DNA of 64,000 nucleotides from the NCBI RefSeq assembly GCF_009914755.1, contig NC_060935.1. The stretch is one strand, 5' to 3'. Every line of letters starts with the position of its first letter. The first letter of the stretch is position 1. A program made the translations under genes and the position numbers. This document shows positions 28,101-41,890 of the stretch, piece after piece. The notes beneath the pieces were generated by a model. It was not told the origin of the DNA, made no database searches, and saw only the letters and a list, made by a program, of their open reading frames with translations. Source of the DNA: the human T2T-CHM13v2.0 reference genome, Homo sapiens.

Positions 28101-30500
28101 GTTGAACATTCCTATAGATAGAGCAGGTTGTAAACAATCTTTTTGTAGAATCTGCGATTGGAGATTTGGACTGCTTTGAGGCCTACTGTAGTAAAGGAAA
28201 TAACTTCATCTAAAAACCAAACGGAAGCATTCACAGACAATTCTTAGTGATCATTGCATTGAACTAACAGAGCTGAACATTCCTTTAGATGGAGCAGTTT
28301 CCAAACACACTTTCTGTAGAATCTGCAAGTGGATATTTGGACTTCTCTGAGGATTTCGTTGGAAATGGTATAAACTTCCCAGAAATACACGGAAGCATTG
28401 TCAGAAACTTCTTTGTGATGTTTGCATTCAACTCACAGAGTTGAACCTTGCTTTCTTAGTTCAGCTTTCAAACACTCTTTTTGTAGAATCTGCAAGTGGA
28501 TATTTGGACCACTTTGTGGCCTTCCTTCGAAACGGGTATATCTTCACATCAAATCTAGACAGAAGCATTCTCAGGATGTTTCCTGTGATGACTGCATTCA
28601 ACTCACAGAGGTGAACAATCCTGCTGATGGAGCAGTTTTGAAACTCTCTTTCTTTGGATTCTGCAAGTGGATATGTGGACCTCTGTGAAGATTTCGTTGG
28701 AAACGGGTTCATCTTCACAGAAAAACTAAACAGAAGCATTCTCAGAAACTGCTTTGTGATGTTTTTGTTCCACTTCAGGAATTGAACTTTCCTCTTGACA
28801 GAGCAGCTCTGAAGCCCTCTAATTCTAGAATCTGCAAGTGGACATTTGGAGGGCTTTGAGGCCCGGGGTTGAAAAGGATAATCTTCACATAAAAACTAGA
28901 TGGAAGCATTCTCAGAAACTACTTTGTGATGATTGCATTCGACTCACAGAGTTGAACATTCCTATAGATAGAGCAGGTTGTAAACAATCTTTTTGTAGAA
29001 TCTGCGATTGGAGATTTGGACTGCTTTGAGGCCTACTGTAGTAAAAGAAATAACTTCATCTAAAAACCAAACGGAAGCATTCACAGACAATTCTTAGTGA
29101 TCATTGGATTGAACTAACAGAGCTGAACATTCCTTTAGATGGAGCTGTTTCCAAACACACTTTCTGTAGAATCTGCAAGTGGATATTTGGACCTCTCTGA
29201 GGATTTCGTTGGAAACGGGATATACTTCCCAGAACTACACGGAAGTATTCTGAGAAACTTCTTTGTGATGGTTGCATTCAACTCACAGAGTTGAACCTTG
29301 CTTTCATAGTTCAGCTTTCAAACACTCTTTTTGTAGAATCTGCAAGTGGATATTTGGACCACTTTGTGGACTTCCTTGGAAACGGGTATATCTTCACATC
29401 AAACCTTGACAGAAGAATTCTCAGAATGTTTCCTGTGATGACTGCATTCAACTCACAGAGGTGAACAATCCTGCTGATGGAGCAGTTTTGAAACTCTCTT
29501 TCTTTGGATTCTGCAAGTGGATATGTGGACCTCTGTGAAGATTTCGTTGGAAACGGGTTCATCTTCACAGAAAAACTAAACAGGAGCATTCTCAGAAACT
29601 GCTTTGTGATGTTTGTGTTCCACTTCAAGAATTGAACTTTCCTCTTGACAGAGCAGCTCTGAAACCCTCTTTTTCTAGAATCTGCAAGTGGACATTTGGA
29701 GGGCTTTGAGGCCTGTGGTGGAAAAGGAAAATCTTCACATAAAAACTAGATGGAAGCATTCTCAGAAACTACTTTGTGATGATTGCATTCGACTCACAGA
29801 GTTGAACATTCCTATAGATAGAGCAGGTTGTAAACAATCTTTTTGTAGAATCTGCGATTGGAGATTTGGACTGCTTTGAGGCCTACTGTAGTAAAGGAAA
29901 TAACTTCATCTAAAAACCAAACGGAAGCATTCACAGACAATTCTTAGTGATCATTGGATTGAACTAACAGAGCTGAACATTCCTTTAGATGGAGCAGTTT
30001 CCAAACACACTTTCTGTAGAATCTGCAAGTGGATATTTGGACTTCTCTGAGGATTTCGTTGGAAACGGGATAAACTTCCAAGAACTACACGGAAGCATTC
30101 TGAGAAACTTCTTTGTGATGTTTGCATTCAACTCACAGAGTTGAACCTTGCTTTCATAGTTCAGCTTTCAAACACTCTTTTTGTAGAATCTGCAAGTGGA
30201 TATTTGGACCACTTTGTGGCCTTCCTTCGAAACGGGTATATCTTCACATCAAACATAGACAGAAGCATTCTCAGAATGTTTCCTGTGATGACTGCATTCA
30301 ACTCACAGAGGTGAAAAATCCTGTTGATGGAGCAGTTTTGAAACTCTCTTTCTTTGGATTCTGCAAGTGGATATGTGGACCTCTGTGAAGATTTCGTTGG
30401 AAACGGGTTCATCTTCACAGAAAAACTAAACAGAAGCATTCTCAGAAACTGCTTTGTGATGTTTGTGTTCCACTTCAAGAATTGAACTTTCCTCTTGACA
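19800..30500 (+). repeat. 4-HOR (3400 bp) super-unit, about three tandem copies
   Basis: CCCGGG at 22062/25462/28862; broken box at 21554/24954/28354; TTTAGTTGG at 24104/27504; ORF variants 22511/25911/29311 and 26722/30122. Confidence 0.92.
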
Positions 30501-31599
30501 GAGCAGCTCTGAAACCCTCTTTTTCTAGAATCTGCAAGTGGACATTTGGAGGGCTTTGAGGCCTGTGGTGGAAAAGGAAAATCTTCACATAAAAACTAGA
30601 TGGAAGCATTCTCAGAAACTACTTTGTGATGATTGCATTCGACTCACAGAGTTGAACATTCCTATAGATAGAGCAGGTTGTAAACAATCTTTTTGTAGAA
30701 TCTGCGATTGGAGATTTGGACTGCTTTGAGGCCTACTGTAGTAAAGGAAATAACTTCATCTAAAAACCAAACGGAAGCATTCACAGACAATGCTTAGTGA
30801 TCATTGGATTGAACTAACAGAGCTGAACATTCCTTTAGATGGAGCAGTTTCCAAACACACTTTCTGTAGAATCTGCAAGTGGATATTTGGACTTCTCTGA
30901 GGATTTCGTTGGAAACGGGATATACTTCCCAGAACTACACCGAAGTATTCTGAGAAACTTCTTTGTGATGTTTGCATTCAACTCACAGAGTTGAACCTTG
31001 CTTTCATAGTTCAGCTTTCAAACACTCTTTTTGTAGAATCTGCAAGTGGATATTTGGACCACTTTGTGGCCTTCCTTCGAAACGGGTATATCTTCACATC
31101 AAACCTTGACAGAAGCATTCTCAGAATGTTTCCTGTGATGACTGCATTCAACTCAGAGAGGTGAACAATCCTGCTGATGGAGCAGTTTTGAAACTCTCTT
31201 TCTTTGGATTCTGCAAGTGGATATGTGGACCTCTGTGAAGATTTCGTTGGAAACGGGTTCATCTTCACAGAAAAACTAAACAGAAGCATTCTCAGAAACT
31301 GCTTTGTGATGTTTGTGTTCCACTTCAAGAATTGAACTTTCCTCTTGACAGAGCAGCTCTGAAACCCTCTTTTTCTAGAATCTGCAAGTGGACATTTGGA
31401 GGGCTTTGAGGCCTGTGGTGGAAAAGGAAAATCTTCACATAAAAACTAGATGGAAGCATTCTCAGAAACTACTTTGTGATGATTGCATTCGACTCACAGA
31501 GTTGAACATTCCTATAGATAGAGCAGGTTGTAAACAATCTTTTTGTAGAATCTGCGATTGGAGATTTGGACTGCTTTGAGGCCTACTGTAGTAAAGGAA

Positions 31600-34500
31600 A
31601 TAACTTCATCTAAAAACCAAACGGAAGCATTCACAGAAAATTCTTAGTGATCATTGGATTGAACTAACAGAGCTGAACATTCCTTTAGATGGCACAGTTT
31701 CCAAACACACTTTCTGTAGAATCTGCAAGTGGATATTTGGACCTCTCTGAGGATTTCGTTGGAAACGGGCTAAACTTCCCAGAACTACACGGAAGCATTC
31801 TGAGAAACTTCTTTGTGATGTTTGCATTCAACTCACAGAGTTGAACCTTGCTTTAATAGTTCAGCTTTCAAACACTCTTTTTGTAGAATCTGCAAGTGGA
31901 TATTTGGACCACTTTGGGGCCTTCCTTCGAAACGGGTATATCTTCACATCAAACCTAGACAGAAGCATTCTCAGAATGTTTCCTGTGATGACTGCATTCA
32001 ACTCACAGAGGTGAACAATCCTGCTGATGGAGCAGTTTTGAAACTCTCTTTCTTTGGATTCTGCAGGTGGATATGTGGACCTCTGTGAAGATTTCGTTGG
32101 AAACGTGTTCATCTTCACAGAAAAACTAAACAGGAGCATTCTCAGAAACTGCTTTGTGATGTTTGTGTTCCACTTCAGGAATTGAACTTTCCTCTTGACA
32201 GAGCAGCTCTGAAACCCTCTTTTTCTAGAATCTGCAAGTGGACATTTGGAGGGCTTTAAGGCCTGTGGTGGAAAAGGAAAATCTTCACATAAAAACTAGA
32301 TGGAAGCATTCTCAGAAACTACTTTGTGATGATTGCATTCGACTCACAGAGTTGAACATTCCTATAGATAGAGCAGGTTGAAAACAATCTTTTTGTAGAA
32401 TCTGCGATTGGAGATTTGGACTGCTTTGAGGCCTACTGTAGTAAAGGAAATAACTTCATCTAAAAACCAAACGGAAGCATTCACAGACAATTCTTAGTGA
32501 TCATTGGATTGAACTAACAGAGCTGAACATTCCTTTAGATGGAGCAGTTTCGAAACACACTTTCTGTAGAATCTGCAAGTGGATATTTGGACCTCTCTGA
32601 GGATTTCGTTGGAAACGGGATAAACTTCCCAGAACTACACGGAAGAATTGTGAGAAATTTCTTTGTGATGTTTGCATTCAACTCACAGTGTTGAACCTTG
32701 CTTTCATAGTTCAGCTTTCAAACACTCTTTTTGTAGAATCTGCAAGTGGATATTTGGACCACTTTGTGGCCTTCCTTCGAAACGGGTATATCTTCACATC
32801 AAACCTAGACAGAAGCGTTCTCAGAATGTTTCCTGTGATGACTGCATTGAACTCACAGAGGTGAACAATCCTGCTGATGGAGCAGTTTTGAAACTCTCTT
32901 TCTTTGGATTCTGCAAGTGGATATGTGGACCTCTATGAAGATTTCGTTGGAAACGGGTTCATCTTCACAGAAAAACTAAACAGGAGCATTCTCAGAAACT
33001 GCTTTGTGATGTTTGTGTTCCACTTCAAGAATTGAACTTTCCTCTTGACAGAGCAGCTCTGAAACCCTCTTTTTCTAGAATCTGCAAGTGGACATTTGGA
33101 GGGCTTTGAGGCCTGTGGTGGAAAAGGAAAATCTTCACATAAAAACTAGATGGAAGCATTCTCAGAAACTACTTTGTGATGATTGCATTCGACTCACAGA
33201 GTTGAACATTCCTATAGATAGAGCAGGTTGTAAACAATCTTTTTGTAGAATCTGCGATTGGAGATTTGGACTGCTTTGAGGCCTACTGTAGTAAAGGAAA
33301 TAACTTCATCTAAAAACCAAACGGAAGCATTCATAGACAATTCTTAGTGATCATTGGATTGAACTAACAGAGCTGAACATTCCTTTAGATGGCGCAGATT
33401 CCAAACACACTTTCTGTAGAATCTGCAAGTGGATATTTGGACCTCTCTGAGGATTTCGTTGGAAACGGGATAAACTTCCCAGAACTACACGGAAGCATTC
33501 TAAGAAACTTCTTTGTGATGTTTGCATTCAACTCACAGAGTTGAACCTTGCTTTCATAGTTCAGCTTTCAAACACTCTTTTTGTAGAATCTGCAAGTGGA
33601 TATTTGAACCACTTTGAGGCCTTCCTTCGAAACGGGTATATCTTCACATCAAACCTAGACAGAAGCATTCTCAGAATGTTTCCTGTGATGACTGCATTCA
33701 ACTCACAGAGGTGAACAATCCTGCTGATGGAGCAGTTTTGAAACTCTCTTTCTTTGGATTCTGCAGGTGGATATGTGGACCTCTGTGAAGATTTCATTGG
33801 AAACGGGTTCATCTTCACAGAAAAACTAAACAGGAGCATTCTCAGAAACTGCTTTGTGATGTTTGTGTTCCACTTCAGGAATTGAACTTTCCTCTTGACA
33901 GAGCAGCTCTGAAACCCTCTTTTTCTAGAATCTGCAAGTGGACATTTGGAGGGCTTTGAGGCCTGTGGTGGAAAAGGAAAATCTTCACATAAAAACTAGA
34001 TGGAAGCATTCTCAGAAACTACTTTGTGATGATTGCATTCGACTCACAGAGTTGAACATTCCTATAGATAGAGCAGGTTGAGAACAATCTTTTTGTAGAA
34101 TCTGCGATTGGAGATTTGGACTGCTTTGAGGCCTACTGTAGTAAAGGAAATAACTTCATCTAAAAACCAAACGGAAGCATTCACAGACAATTCTTAGTGA
34201 TCATTGGATTGAACTAACAGAGGTGAACCTTCCTTTAGATGGAGCAGATTCCAAACACACTTTGTGTAGAATCTGCAACTGGATATTTGGACCTCTCTGA
34301 GGATTTCGTTGGAAACGGGATAAACTTCCCAGAACTACACGGAAGCATTCTGAGAAACTTCTTTGTGATGTTTGCATTCAACTCACAGAGTTGAACCTTG
34401 CTTTCATAGTTCAGCTTTCAAACACTCTTTTTGTAGAATCTGCAAGAGGATATTTGGACCACTTTGTGGCCTTCCTTCGAAACGGGTATATCTTCACATC

Positions 34501-36100
34501 AAACCTAGACAGAAGCATTCTCAGAATGTTTCCTGTGATGACTGCATTCAACTCACAGAGGTGAACAATCCTGCTGATGGAGCAGTTTTGAAACTCTCTT
34601 TCTTTGGATTCTGCAAGTGGATATGTGGACCTCTGTGAAGATTTCATTGGAAACGGGTTCATCTTCACAGAAAAACTAAACAGGAGCATTCTCAGAAACT
34701 GCTTTGTGATGTTTGTGTTCCACTTCAAGAATTGAACTTTCCTCTTGACAGAGCAGCTCTGAAACCCTCTTTTTCTAGAATATGCAAGTGGACATTTGGA
34801 GGGCTTTGAGGCCTGTGGTGGAAAAGGAAAATCTTCACATAAAAACTAGATGGAAGCATTCTCAGAAACTACTTTGTGATGATTGCATTCGACTCACAGA
34901 GTTGAACATTCCTATAGATAGAGCAGGTTGTAAACAATCTTTTTGTAGAATCTGCGATTGGAGATTTGGACTGCTTTGAGGCCTACTGTAGTAAAGGAAA
35001 TAACTTCATCTAAAAACCAAACGGAAGTATTCACAGAAAATTCTTAGTGATCATTGGATTGAACTAACAGAGCTGAACATTCCTTTAGATGGCACAGTTT
35101 CCAAACACACTTTCTGTAGAATCTGCAAGTGGATATTTGGACCTCTCTGAGGATTTCCTTGGAAACGGGCTAAACTTCCCAGAACTACACGGAAGCATTC
35201 TGAGAAACTTCTTTGTGATGTTTGCATTCAACTCACAGAGTTGAACCTTGCTTTCATAGTTCAGCTTTCAAACACTCTTTTTGTAGAATCTGCAAGTGGA
35301 TATTTGGACCACTTTGAGGCCTTCCTTCGAAACGGGTATATCTTCATATCAAACCTAGACAGAAGCATTCTCAGAATGTTTCCTGTGATGACTGCATTCA
35401 ACTCACAGAGGTGAACAATCCTGCTGATGGAGCAGTTTTGAAACTCTCTTTCTTTGGATTCTGCAGGTGGATATGTGGACCTCTGTGAAGATTTCGTTGG
35501 AAACGGGTTCATCTTCACAGAAAAACTAAACAGGAGCATTCTCAGAAACTGCTTTGTGATGTTTGTGTTCCACTTCAAGAATTGAACTTTCCTCTTGAGA
35601 GAGCAGCTCTGAAACCCTCTTTTTCTAGAATCTGCAAGTGGACATTTGGAGGGCTTTGAGGCCTGTGGTGGAAAAGGAAAATCTTCACATAAAAACTAGA
35701 TGGAAGCATTCTCAGAAACTACTTTGTGATGATTGCATTCGACTCACAGAGTTGAACATTCCTATAGATAGAGCAGGTTGAAAACAATCTTTTTGTAGAA
35801 TCTGCGATTGGAGATTTGGACTGCTTTGAGGCCTACTGTAGTAAAGGAAATAACTTCATCTAAAAACCAAACGGAAGCATTCACAGAAAATTCTTAGTGA
35901 TCATTGGATTGAACTAACAGAGCTGAACATTCCTTTAGATGGAGCAGTTTCCAAACACACTTTCTGTAGAATCTGCAACTGGATATTTGGACCTCTCTGA
36001 GGATTTCTTTGGAAACGGGCTAAACTTCCCAGAACTACACGGAAGCATTCTGAGAAACTTCTTTGTGATGTTTGCATTCAACTCACAGAGTTGAACCTTG
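31600..36100 (+). repeat. Older, diverged 2-HOR (1700 bp) periodic segment
   Basis: CTGCAG at 32061/33761/35461; GTTGA(A/G)AAC at ~32378/34078/35778; many private variants between them. Confidence 0.75.
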
Positions 36101-36669
36101 CTTTCATAGTTCAGCTTTCAAACACTCTTTTTGTAGAATCTGCAAGTGGATATTTGGACCACTTTGTGGCCTTCCTTCGAAACGGGTATATCTTCACATC
36201 AAACCTAGACAGAAGCATTCTCAGAATGTTTCCTGTGATGACTGCATTCAACTCACAGAGGTGAACAATCCTGCTGATGGAGCAGTTTTGAAACTCTCTT
36301 TCTTTGGATTCTGCAAGTGGATATGTGGACCTCTGTGAAGATTTCGTTGGAAACGGGTTCATCTTCACAGAAAAACTAAACAGAAGCATTCTCAGAAACT
36401 GCTTTGTGATGTTTGTGTTCCACTTCAAGAATTGAAATTTCCTCTTGACAGAGCAGCTCTGAAACCCTCTTTTTCTAGAATCTGCAAGTGGACATTTGGA
36501 GGGCTTTGAGGCCTGTGGTGGAAAAGGAAAATCTTCATATAAAAACAAGATGGAAGCATTCTCAGAAACAACTTTGTGATGATTGCATTCGACTCACAGA
36601 GTTGAACATTCCTATAGATAGAGCAGGTTGTAAACAATCTTTTTGTAGAATCTGCGATTGGAGATTTGG

Positions 36670-39600
36670 ACTGCTTTGAGGCCTACTGTAGTAAAGGAAA
36701 TAACTTCATCTAAAAACCAAACGGAAGCATTCACAGACAATTCTTAGTGATCATTGGATTGAACTAACAGAGCTGAACATTCCTTTAGATGGAGCAGTTT
36801 CCAAACACACTTTCTGTAGAATCTGCAAGTGGATATTTGGACTTCTCTGAGGATTTCGTTGGAAACGGGATAAATTTCCCAGAACTACACGGAAGCATTC
36901 TGAGAAACTTCTTTGTGATGTTTGCATTCAACTCACAGAGTTGAACCTTGCTTTCATAGTTCAGCTTTCAAACACTCTTTTTGTAGAATCTGCAAGTGGA
37001 TATTTGGACCACTTTGTGGCCTTCCTTCGAAACGTGTATATCTTCACATCAAACCTAGACAGAAGCATTTTCAGAATGTTTCCTGTGATGACTGCATTCA
37101 ACTCCCAGAGGTGAACAATCCTGCTGATGGAACAGTTTTGAAACTCTCTTTCTTTGGATTCTGCAAGTGGATATGTGGACCTCTGTGAATATTTCGTTGG
37201 AAACGGGTTCATCTTCACAGAAAAACTAAACAGGAGCATTCTCAGAAACTGCTTTGTGATGTTTGTGTTCCACTTCAAGAATTGACCTTTCCTCTTGACA
37301 GAGCAGCTCTGAAACCCTCTTTTTCTAGAATCAGCAAGTGGACATTTGGAGGGCTTTGAGGCCTGTGGTGGAAAAGGAAAATCTTCACATAAAAACTAGA
37401 TGGAAGCATTCTCAGAAACTACTTTGTGATGATTGCATTCGACTCACAGAGTTGAACATTCCTATAGATAGAGCAGGTTGTAAACAATCTTTTTGTAGAA
37501 TCTGCGATTGGAGATTTGGACTGCTTTGAGGCCTACTGTAGTAAAGGAAATAACTTCATCTAAAAACCAAACGGAAGCATTCACAGACAATTCTTAGTGA
37601 TCATTGGATTGAACGAACAGAGCTGAACATTCCTTTAGATGGAGCAGTTTCCAAACACACTTTCTGTAGAATCTGCACGTGGATATTTGGACCTCTCTGA
37701 GGATTTCGTTGGAAACGGGATAAACTTCCCAGAACTACACGGAAGCATTCTGAGAAACTTCTTTGTGATGTTTGCATTCAACTCACAGAGTTGAACCTTG
37801 CTTTCATAGTTCAGCTTTCAAACACTCTTTTTGTAGAATCTGCAAGTGGATATTTGGACCACTTTGTGGCCTTCCTTCGAAACGGGTATATCTTCACATC
37901 AAACCTAGACAGAAGCATTCTCAGAATGTTTCCTGTGATGACTGCATTCAACTCACATGGGTGAACAATCCTGCTGATGGACCAGTTTTGAAACTCTCTT
38001 TCTTTGGATTCTGCAAGTGGATATGTGGACCTCTGTGAAGATATCGTTGGAAACGGGTTCATCTTCACAGAAAAACTAAACAGGAGCATTCTCAGAAACT
38101 GCTTTGTGATGTTTGTGTTCCACTTCAAGAATTGAACTTTCCTCTTGACAGAGCAGCTCTGAAACCCTCTTTTTCTAGAATCAGCAAGTGGACATTTGGA
38201 GGGCTTTGAGGCCTGTGGTGGAAAAGGAAAATCTTCACATAAAAACTAGATGGAAGCATTCTCAGAAACTACTTTGTGATGATTGCATTCGACTCACAGA
38301 GTTGAACATTCCTATAGATAGAGCAGGTTGTAAACAATCTTTTTGTAGAATCTGCGATTGGAGATTTGGACTGCTTTGAGGCCTACTGTAGTAAAGGAAA
38401 TAACTTCATCTAAAAACCAAACGGAAGCATTCACAGACAATGCTTAGTGATCATTGGATTGAACTAACAGAGCTGAACATTCCTTTAGATGGAGCAGTTT
38501 CCAAACACACTTTCTGTAGAATCTGCAAGTGGATATTTGGACCTCTCTGAGGATTTCGTTGGAAACGGGATAAACTTCCCAGAACTACACGGAAGCATTC
38601 TGAGAAACTTCTTTGTGATGTTTGCATTCAACTCACAGAGTTGAACCTTGCTTTCATAGTTCAGCTTTCAAACACTCTCTTTGTAGAATCTGCAAGTGGA
38701 TATTTGGACCACTTTGTGGCCTTCCTTCGAAACGGGTATATCTTCACATCAAACCTAGACAGAAGCATTCTCAGAATGTTTCCTGTGATGACTGCATTCA
38801 ACTCACAGAGGTGAACAATCCTGCTGATGGAGCAGTTTTGAAACTCTCTTTCTTTGGATTCTGCAAGTGGATATGTGGACCTCTGTGAAGATTTCGTTGG
38901 AAACGGGTTCATCTTCACAGAAAAACTAAACAGGAGCATTCTCAGAAACTGCTTTGTGATGTTTGTGTTCCACTTCAGGAATTGAACTTTCCTCTTGACA
39001 GAGCAGCTCTGAAACCCTCTTTTTCCAGAATCTGCAAGTGGACATTTGAAGGGCTTTGAGGCCTGTGGTGGAAAAGGAAAATCTTCACATAAAAACTAGA
39101 TGGAAGCATTCTCAGAAACTACTTTGTGATGATTGCATTCGACTCACAGAGTTGAACATTCCTATAGATAGAGCAGGTTGTAAACAATCTTTTTGTAGAA
39201 TCTGCGATTGGAGATTTTGACTGCTTTGAGGCCTACTGTAGTAAAGGAAATAACTTCATCTAAAAACCAAACGGAAGCATTCACAGACAATTCTTAGTGA
39301 TCATTGGATTGAACTAACAGAGCTGAACATTCCTTTAGATGGAGCAGTTTCCAAACACACTTTCTGTAGAATCTGCAAGTGGATATTTGGACTTCTCTGA
39401 GGATTTCGTTGGAAACGGGATAAATTTCCCAGAACTACACGGAAGCATTCTGAGAAACTTCTTTGTGATGTTTGCATTCAACTCACAGAGTTGAACCTTG
39501 CTTTCATAGTTCAGCTTTCAAACACTCTTTTTGTAGAATCTGCAAGTGGATATTTGGACCACTTTGTGGCCTTCCTTCGAAACGTGTATATCTTCACATC

Positions 39601-41890
39601 AAACCTAGACAGAAGCATTTTCAGAATGTTTCCTGTGATGACTGCATTCAACTCCCAGAGGTGAACAATCCTGCTGATGGAACAGTTTTGAAACTCTCTT
39701 TCTTTGGATTCTGCAAGTGGATATGTGGACCTCTGTGAATATTTCGTTGGAAACGGGTTCATCTTCACAGAAAAACTAAACAGGAGCATTCTCAGAAACT
39801 GCTTTGTGATGTTTGTGTTCCACTTCAAGAATTGACCTTTCCTCTTGACAGAGCAGCTCTGAAACCCTCTTTTTCTAGAATCAGCAAGTGGACATTTGGA
39901 GGGCTTTGAGGCCTGTGGTGGAAAAGGAAAATCTTCACATAAAAACTAGATGGAAGCATTCTCAGAAACTACTTTGTGATGATTGCATTCGACTCACAGA
40001 GTTGAACATTCCTATAGATAGAGCAGGTTGTAAACAATCTTTTTGTAGAATCTGCGATTGGAGATTTGGACTGCTTTGAGGCCTACTGTAGTAAAGGAAA
40101 TAACTTCATCTAAAAACCAAACGGAAGCATTCACAGACAATTCTTAGTGATCATTGGATTGAACGAACAGAGCTGAACATTCCTTTAGATGGAGCAGTTT
40201 CCAAACACACTTTCTGTAGAATCTGCACGTGGATATTTGGACCTCTCTGAGGATTTCGTTGGAAACGGGATAAACTTCCCAGAACTACACGGAAGCATTC
40301 TGAGAAACTTCTTTGTGATGTTTGCATTCAACTCACAGAGTTGAACCTTGCTTTCATAGTTCAGCTTTCAAACACTCTTTTTGTAGAATCTGCAAGTGGA
40401 TATTTGGACCACTTTGTGGCCTTCCTTCGAAACGGGTATATCTTCACATCAAACCTAGACAGAAGCATTCTCAGAATGTTTCCTGTGATGACTGCATTCA
40501 ACTCACATGGGTGAACAATCCTGCTGATGGACCAGTTTTGAAACTCTCTTTCTTTGGATTCTGCAAGTGGATATGTGGACCTCTGTGAAGATATCGTTGG
40601 AAACGGGTTCATCTTCACAGAAAAACTAAACAGGAGCATTCTCAGAAACTGCTTTGTGATGTTTGTGTTCCACTTCAAGAATTGAACTTTCCTCTTGACA
40701 GAGCAGCTCTGAAACCCTCTTTTTCTAGAATCAGCAAGTGGACATTTGGAGGGCTTTGAGGCCTGTGGTGGAAAAGGAAAATCTTCACATAAAAACTAGA
40801 TGGAAGCATTCTCAGAAACTACTTTGTGATGATTGCATTCGACTCACAGAGTTGAACATTCCTATAGATAGAGCAGGTTGTAAACAATCTTTTTGTAGAA
40901 TCTGCGATTGGAGATTTGGACTGCTTTGAGGCCTACTGTAGTAAAGGAAATAACTTCATCTAAAAACCGAACGGAAGCATTCACAGACAATGCTTAGTGA
41001 TCATTGGATTGAACTAACAGAGCTGAACATTCCTTTAGATGGAGCAGTTTCCAAACACACTTTCTGTAGAATCTGCAAGTGGATATTTGGACCTCTCTGA
41101 GGATTTCGTTGGAAACGGGATAAACTTCCCAGAACTACACGGAAGCATTCTGAGAAACTTCTTTGTGATGTTTGCATTCAACTCACAGAGTTGAACCTTG
41201 CTTTCATAGTTCAGCTTTCAAACACTCTCTTTGTAGAATCTGCAAGTGGATATTTGGACCACTTTGTGGCCTTCCTTCGAAACGGGTATATCTTCACATC
41301 AAACCTAGACAGAAGCATTCTCAGAATGTTTCCTGTGATGACTGCATTCAACTCACAGAGGTGAACAATCCTGCTGATGGAGCAGTTTTGAAACTCTCTT
41401 TCTTTGGATTCTGCAAGTGGATATGTGGACCTCTGTGAAGATTTCGTTGGAAACGGGTTCATCTTCACAGAAAAACTAAACAGGAGCATTCTCAGAAACT
41501 GCTTTGTGATGTTTGTGTTCCACTTCAGGAATTGAACTTTCCTCTTGACAGAGCAGCTCTGAAACCCTCTTTTTCCAGAATCTGCAAGTGGACATTTGAA
41601 GGGCTTTGAGGCCTGTGGTGGAAAAGGAAAATCTTCACATAAAAACTAGATGGAAGCATTCTCAGAAACTACTTTGTGATGATTGCATTCGACTCACAGA
41701 GTTGAACATTCCTATAGATAGAGCAGGTTGTAAACAATCTTTTTGTAGAATCTGCGATTGGAGATTTTGACTGCTTTGAGGCCTACTGTAGTAAAGGAAA
41801 TAACTTCATCTAAAAACCAAACGGAAGCATTCACAGACAATTCTTAGTGATCATTGGATTGAACTAACAGAGCTGAACATTCCTTTAGAT
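36670..41890 (+). repeat. Near-perfect tandem duplication of a 3-HOR (2550 bp) block
   Basis: AACGTGTATA 37031/39581, GAACGAAC 37611/40161, CACATGGG ~37954/40504, GATTTTGA ~39213/41763. ORF translations are identical for 36922/39472, 37772/40322 and 38622/41172. Confidence 0.95.
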
